From Bilabrum cf. latius (lineage: Eukaryota), in NCBI GenBank assembly GCA_965178125.1, contig OZ237737.1:558001-622000 (forward strand): a stretch of 64,000 bases of DNA. Direction: 5' to 3'. Shown one piece after another: positions 61,208 to 64,000 of this stretch. Under the pieces are notes generated by a model. The model saw only the letters and a list, made by a program, of their open reading frames with translations. It ran no database searches and was not told the DNA's origin. The translations under genes and the position numbers were made by a program. Every line of letters begins with the position of its first letter. Positions within the stretch are counted from its first letter, which is position 1.

Positions 61208-63297
61208 TCATGAGTTCCAAGCTACTTGCTCCAAGTGACCTGCCAGACCAAGAATCACCGCCTCATCATGAGGCCTGCCGATCAGTTGCACGGAGCATGG
61301 CGCCAAGTGCTTTGACCCTTCCTTCAGGGTCACCAGTGTGCCGCCGAAGGGCACAGACACAGCCGGTAGACCTGCAAGAGAGGCCGGCACCGTGAATGTA
61401 TCCTCGCCATACAGCTCTTCGGGGCTGCTACTCGCGGCACGCAACGCGCTGGCCATTGTCAGCACTGGCGATCGCACAGTGGGGGCGAGAATGCAATGCA
61501 CGCCGCTAGCTTTGCTCGAATCGGCGCTTCCTGTGCCGGTGGAGCTGTCCCACGGCGAGCTACTCGCTGCGCCACCAGGCAGCAGAAACGCTCTCGCGAA
61601 GTCAGCCCGGATGGCCTCTCGCGCGGCAACAGCAGAATCGTAGTACATACCCCTCTCCTCAGAGGAGAGCACCAATGCCCCTGTGAGTAGCCTACGCTGC
61701 ACCTCTTCGCCGAATCCCTCGGCTCTCGTCGCCTCGTACAGGGCCTACAGCCCCCCCTAGGGCCCGCTGTAGCTGCCCTCGTCTTGCTGCACAGCGTCGC
61801 TTCGGTGACCATAGCGCACCCCATCGAACCTCGCTAGGTTGCTGGCGGCTTCGGCTGACGAGATGGCGTAGTATGCTGGCAAGCCGAGACTTGTTGTCGG
61901 CAGGGATATCGCCTCGATGCTAGCGCCAAGCGCCTTGTAGACCTTTGCAGCGGCAACGACAGCATCCAGGTGAACATTACCGGAGGGTCCAGCTTTTCCT
62001 GTCATTGATGGTCCACCAAGAGCTGCCGCTAGCTATTCCTCACCCCCTTCGTTCCTGGATCGTCTCAGCGATGCTACTGCATCCAGGTTTCCTGGCGATA
62101 GCACATCACCGAGCAGCCCTTGCATTGTTTCGATCCCATCGCCCCACCCCGATAGAGACAAGTATTCTACAGGGATACCTATCTTCACGCCCTCCAGCGC
62201 ATTATCCCTGGACTATTCCCCCCTATCTGCAAGCACGCCGGGCTCTACCCACGCAGTACCCTCCTCTCCCTCGGCCCGTCCGCTCCTCGATTGCGCCGAT
62301 TTGGCAGTACCACGCTACCTGCACTTGCCAGTGGGAGGAACCACGGCAGCACTTGACGGCCGCTGCTGCAACGAATCGGCGGAAGCATTGCCCTGCAGTA
62401 GCACGCCAATCGCATCTGACAGCTGCCCAACACCCCCAGCACCCTCCATTGATGGGTGCCTCCGGGTCGCGAGGATACCTGCATCCGACAGCTCCAGCGC
62501 CCTACGGAAGCAGGCCAATCGGTCCTTGGACTCGCTTCTAGGAACCACACTCTCCCTGTCGAGCCAATGAATGCTTTTTTGATCCGCGGGCCGCAGCCTG
62601 GCCGAGCTGTCATCGCGCTGGTCGCGGCCAGCAACCCTGTCAAAGGCCACGGCGCAGTCGCTCACAGTCCTCGCAAACACGCCCGGGCAATCGAGTGAGG
62701 ACGCGAACGCGATCAGCCCCCAGCGCGATACTGCACCGTAGGTTGGCTTCAGCCCTACAACTCCGCATAGCGCCGCTGGCTGACGGATGGAACCACCCGT
62801 GTCTGAGCCTAGGGCCACGTCCGCTTCCCCAGAGGCGACGGCGGCAGCTGAGCCACTAGAGGAGCCGCCGGGCGACCAGACAAGATCGGATGACAGTGAG
62901 GTACAAGTGATACTATCGGTAGACATTGCAGGGCTCCATGGGTTCACCGTTGGGCCCATGGCCGAGAAAACACCTGCTGATCCCATTGCGAACTCATCGC
63001 AGTTCGCCATGCCAGCAAGTGCAACCGGAACACCACCTTCATGCTACATGAGGCGAGACACAGCAGTGGCAGTAAACGGAGAGGAATACCCGCTCAGCAT
63101 CTTCGAGGCGCATGAAGACACGTATCCTTCCACACAGAAGTTCTCCTTGACTGCAACCCGGAGGCCTGGTCCAGACTGTAGATCAGTGGCAGGCTGTGTC
63201 AGCGCATTTGTGGAAATTCTACAAGTATGCCGCTGAAATCCAGTTGCGAATCGCGATACTACCACTCGTTGTCTTGCCTGCGAGCAAAACTTGACAT
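61208..63297 (-). CDS. gatA: Glutamyl-tRNA(Gln) amidotransferase subunit A (mitochondrial GatA/QRSL1)
   Basis: Amidase signature: [72 protein letters not shown]. Co-framed over TAG; TGA at 61208. First exon inferred (63297-63278). Confidence 0.9.
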
Positions 63298-63531
63298 CGA
63301 AGTGGCATCAAAGTGGACAAGCAAGATTCTTCCTAGTGGGCCACTTGACAGTGATGCTGCCGTGCTCACGTATAGCATGATAGTTAATTATTCAGTTACC
63401 GATACTGAAACCATGCCAATAGCCTAATCTATCGATATTTTGGCCTATCTTGACGGACGAATTTTTTGGAGCAGATTGCGTGCACTTTCGCAACTTGATG
63501 AAGCGAGGCCGATTTTTCAAGACACACAATT

Positions 63532-64000
63532 ATGGCCGACCAAGGCGTGTATGAAGTCGATGAAATAGCAATAAGCAGAGATGTTAATGAAACACTGCGT
63601 GGCAGAGTGACATCAACGTGTGTTCATGGACCGTTGGTCTTCTTGGGATCCTCAACCGGAGATGTTGCAGTTTGTGCAATTGTTGATTGCAACTTCATCA
63701 GCCGCCGCAATGAAATACTAGGTGTCCCCGATGTCGGTGACACGGGGGGAATATCGGACTCGCAGCTAGCATTGCATCAAGTGCTGCTTCTGCCGGATTT
63801 TGGCAGCAATGCGAAGCCTCGACCAAACACAGATCCTGCCGCACCTGCACAAGCCATAGTTAAGCCAGAAGGATTCATCAGCTAGATCATTGTAGTACCG
63901 GAATGGGATATGATTTTCGTGTTACGTGGCGGAAGCGTGCTGGTCTGCAATCTCCAGCTTTCTGTTGACGAGGATCTTGAGGAGCTCTTCGTGACAGAAG
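63532..64000 (+). CDS. CNH-domain protein, Vps39/TGFBRAP1-like, partial (runs off window)
   Basis: VTSTCVHGPLVFLGSSTG...FIS*IIVVPEWDMIFVLRGGSV resembles the CNH propeller start; frame continues through TAG 63883. Confidence 0.55.

Noticed and set aside
61208-63297. gatA as part of the TAG=Gln machinery
   Set aside because: GatA is the ordinary organellar amidotransferase. Cytosolic UAG decoding would depend on a tRNA(CUA), GlnRS and eRF1, and I saw none of these genes here.
1328-63427. Numerous long antisense or alternate-frame ORFs in the track (e.g. 2903-4297 -, 10486-11214 +, 45210-46127 +)
   Set aside because: Shadow ORFs expected in GC-rich coding DNA; they show no recognisable motifs and overlap well-supported genes.
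1-64000. Mass pseudogenisation or sequencing error as the cause of ORF fragmentation
   Set aside because: Interruptions are only TAG, never frameshifts, TAA or TGA. They occur in housekeeping genes (POP1, TIM22, ARP6, gatA) and fall on Gln positions.
1-64000. Pyrrolysine or TAG=Leu/Tyr/Trp decoding
   Set aside because: No pyl genes are present in the window, TAG is ubiquitous, and the informative motif positions all point to Gln.

Overview
Gene-dense, GC-rich nuclear DNA of a microbial eukaryote. It has spliceosomal GT-AG introns, eukaryote-specific genes and head-to-head gene pairs ~100-300 bp apart. The supplied ORF track is misleading because the organism appears to use a non-standard nuclear code. 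Essentially every gene is interrupted by in-frame TAG codons, and these fall on conserved Gln positions (OTU 'SD*L', four RCC1-repeat 'G*LG/G*IG' motifs, ARP6, CNH domain). Genes end on TGA (15 cases) or TAA (4 cases), and I saw no TAA inside the coding frames I read. With TAG=Gln the fragments join into about 21 genes: OTU deubiquitinase, TPR+SGNH protein, a pogo/Fot-like DD35D transposase inside 28-bp TIRs with no TA target site, two tandem ankyrin paralogs, SLOG-like+ASCH fusion, TIM22, a coiled-coil protein, CC2D1/Lgd, POP1, GH43, a small ankyrin protein, DUF726/TMCO4, arylsulfatase, a ~2600-aa RCC1-repeat/IPT/multi-TM protein flanked by direct repeats, a hypothetical protein, ARP6, a TSET TTRAY2/TWD40-2-like protein with a LamG-like tail, a CCDC151-like protein, GatA and a partial Vps39-like gene. 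All family calls come from motif recognition by eye, not database searches.
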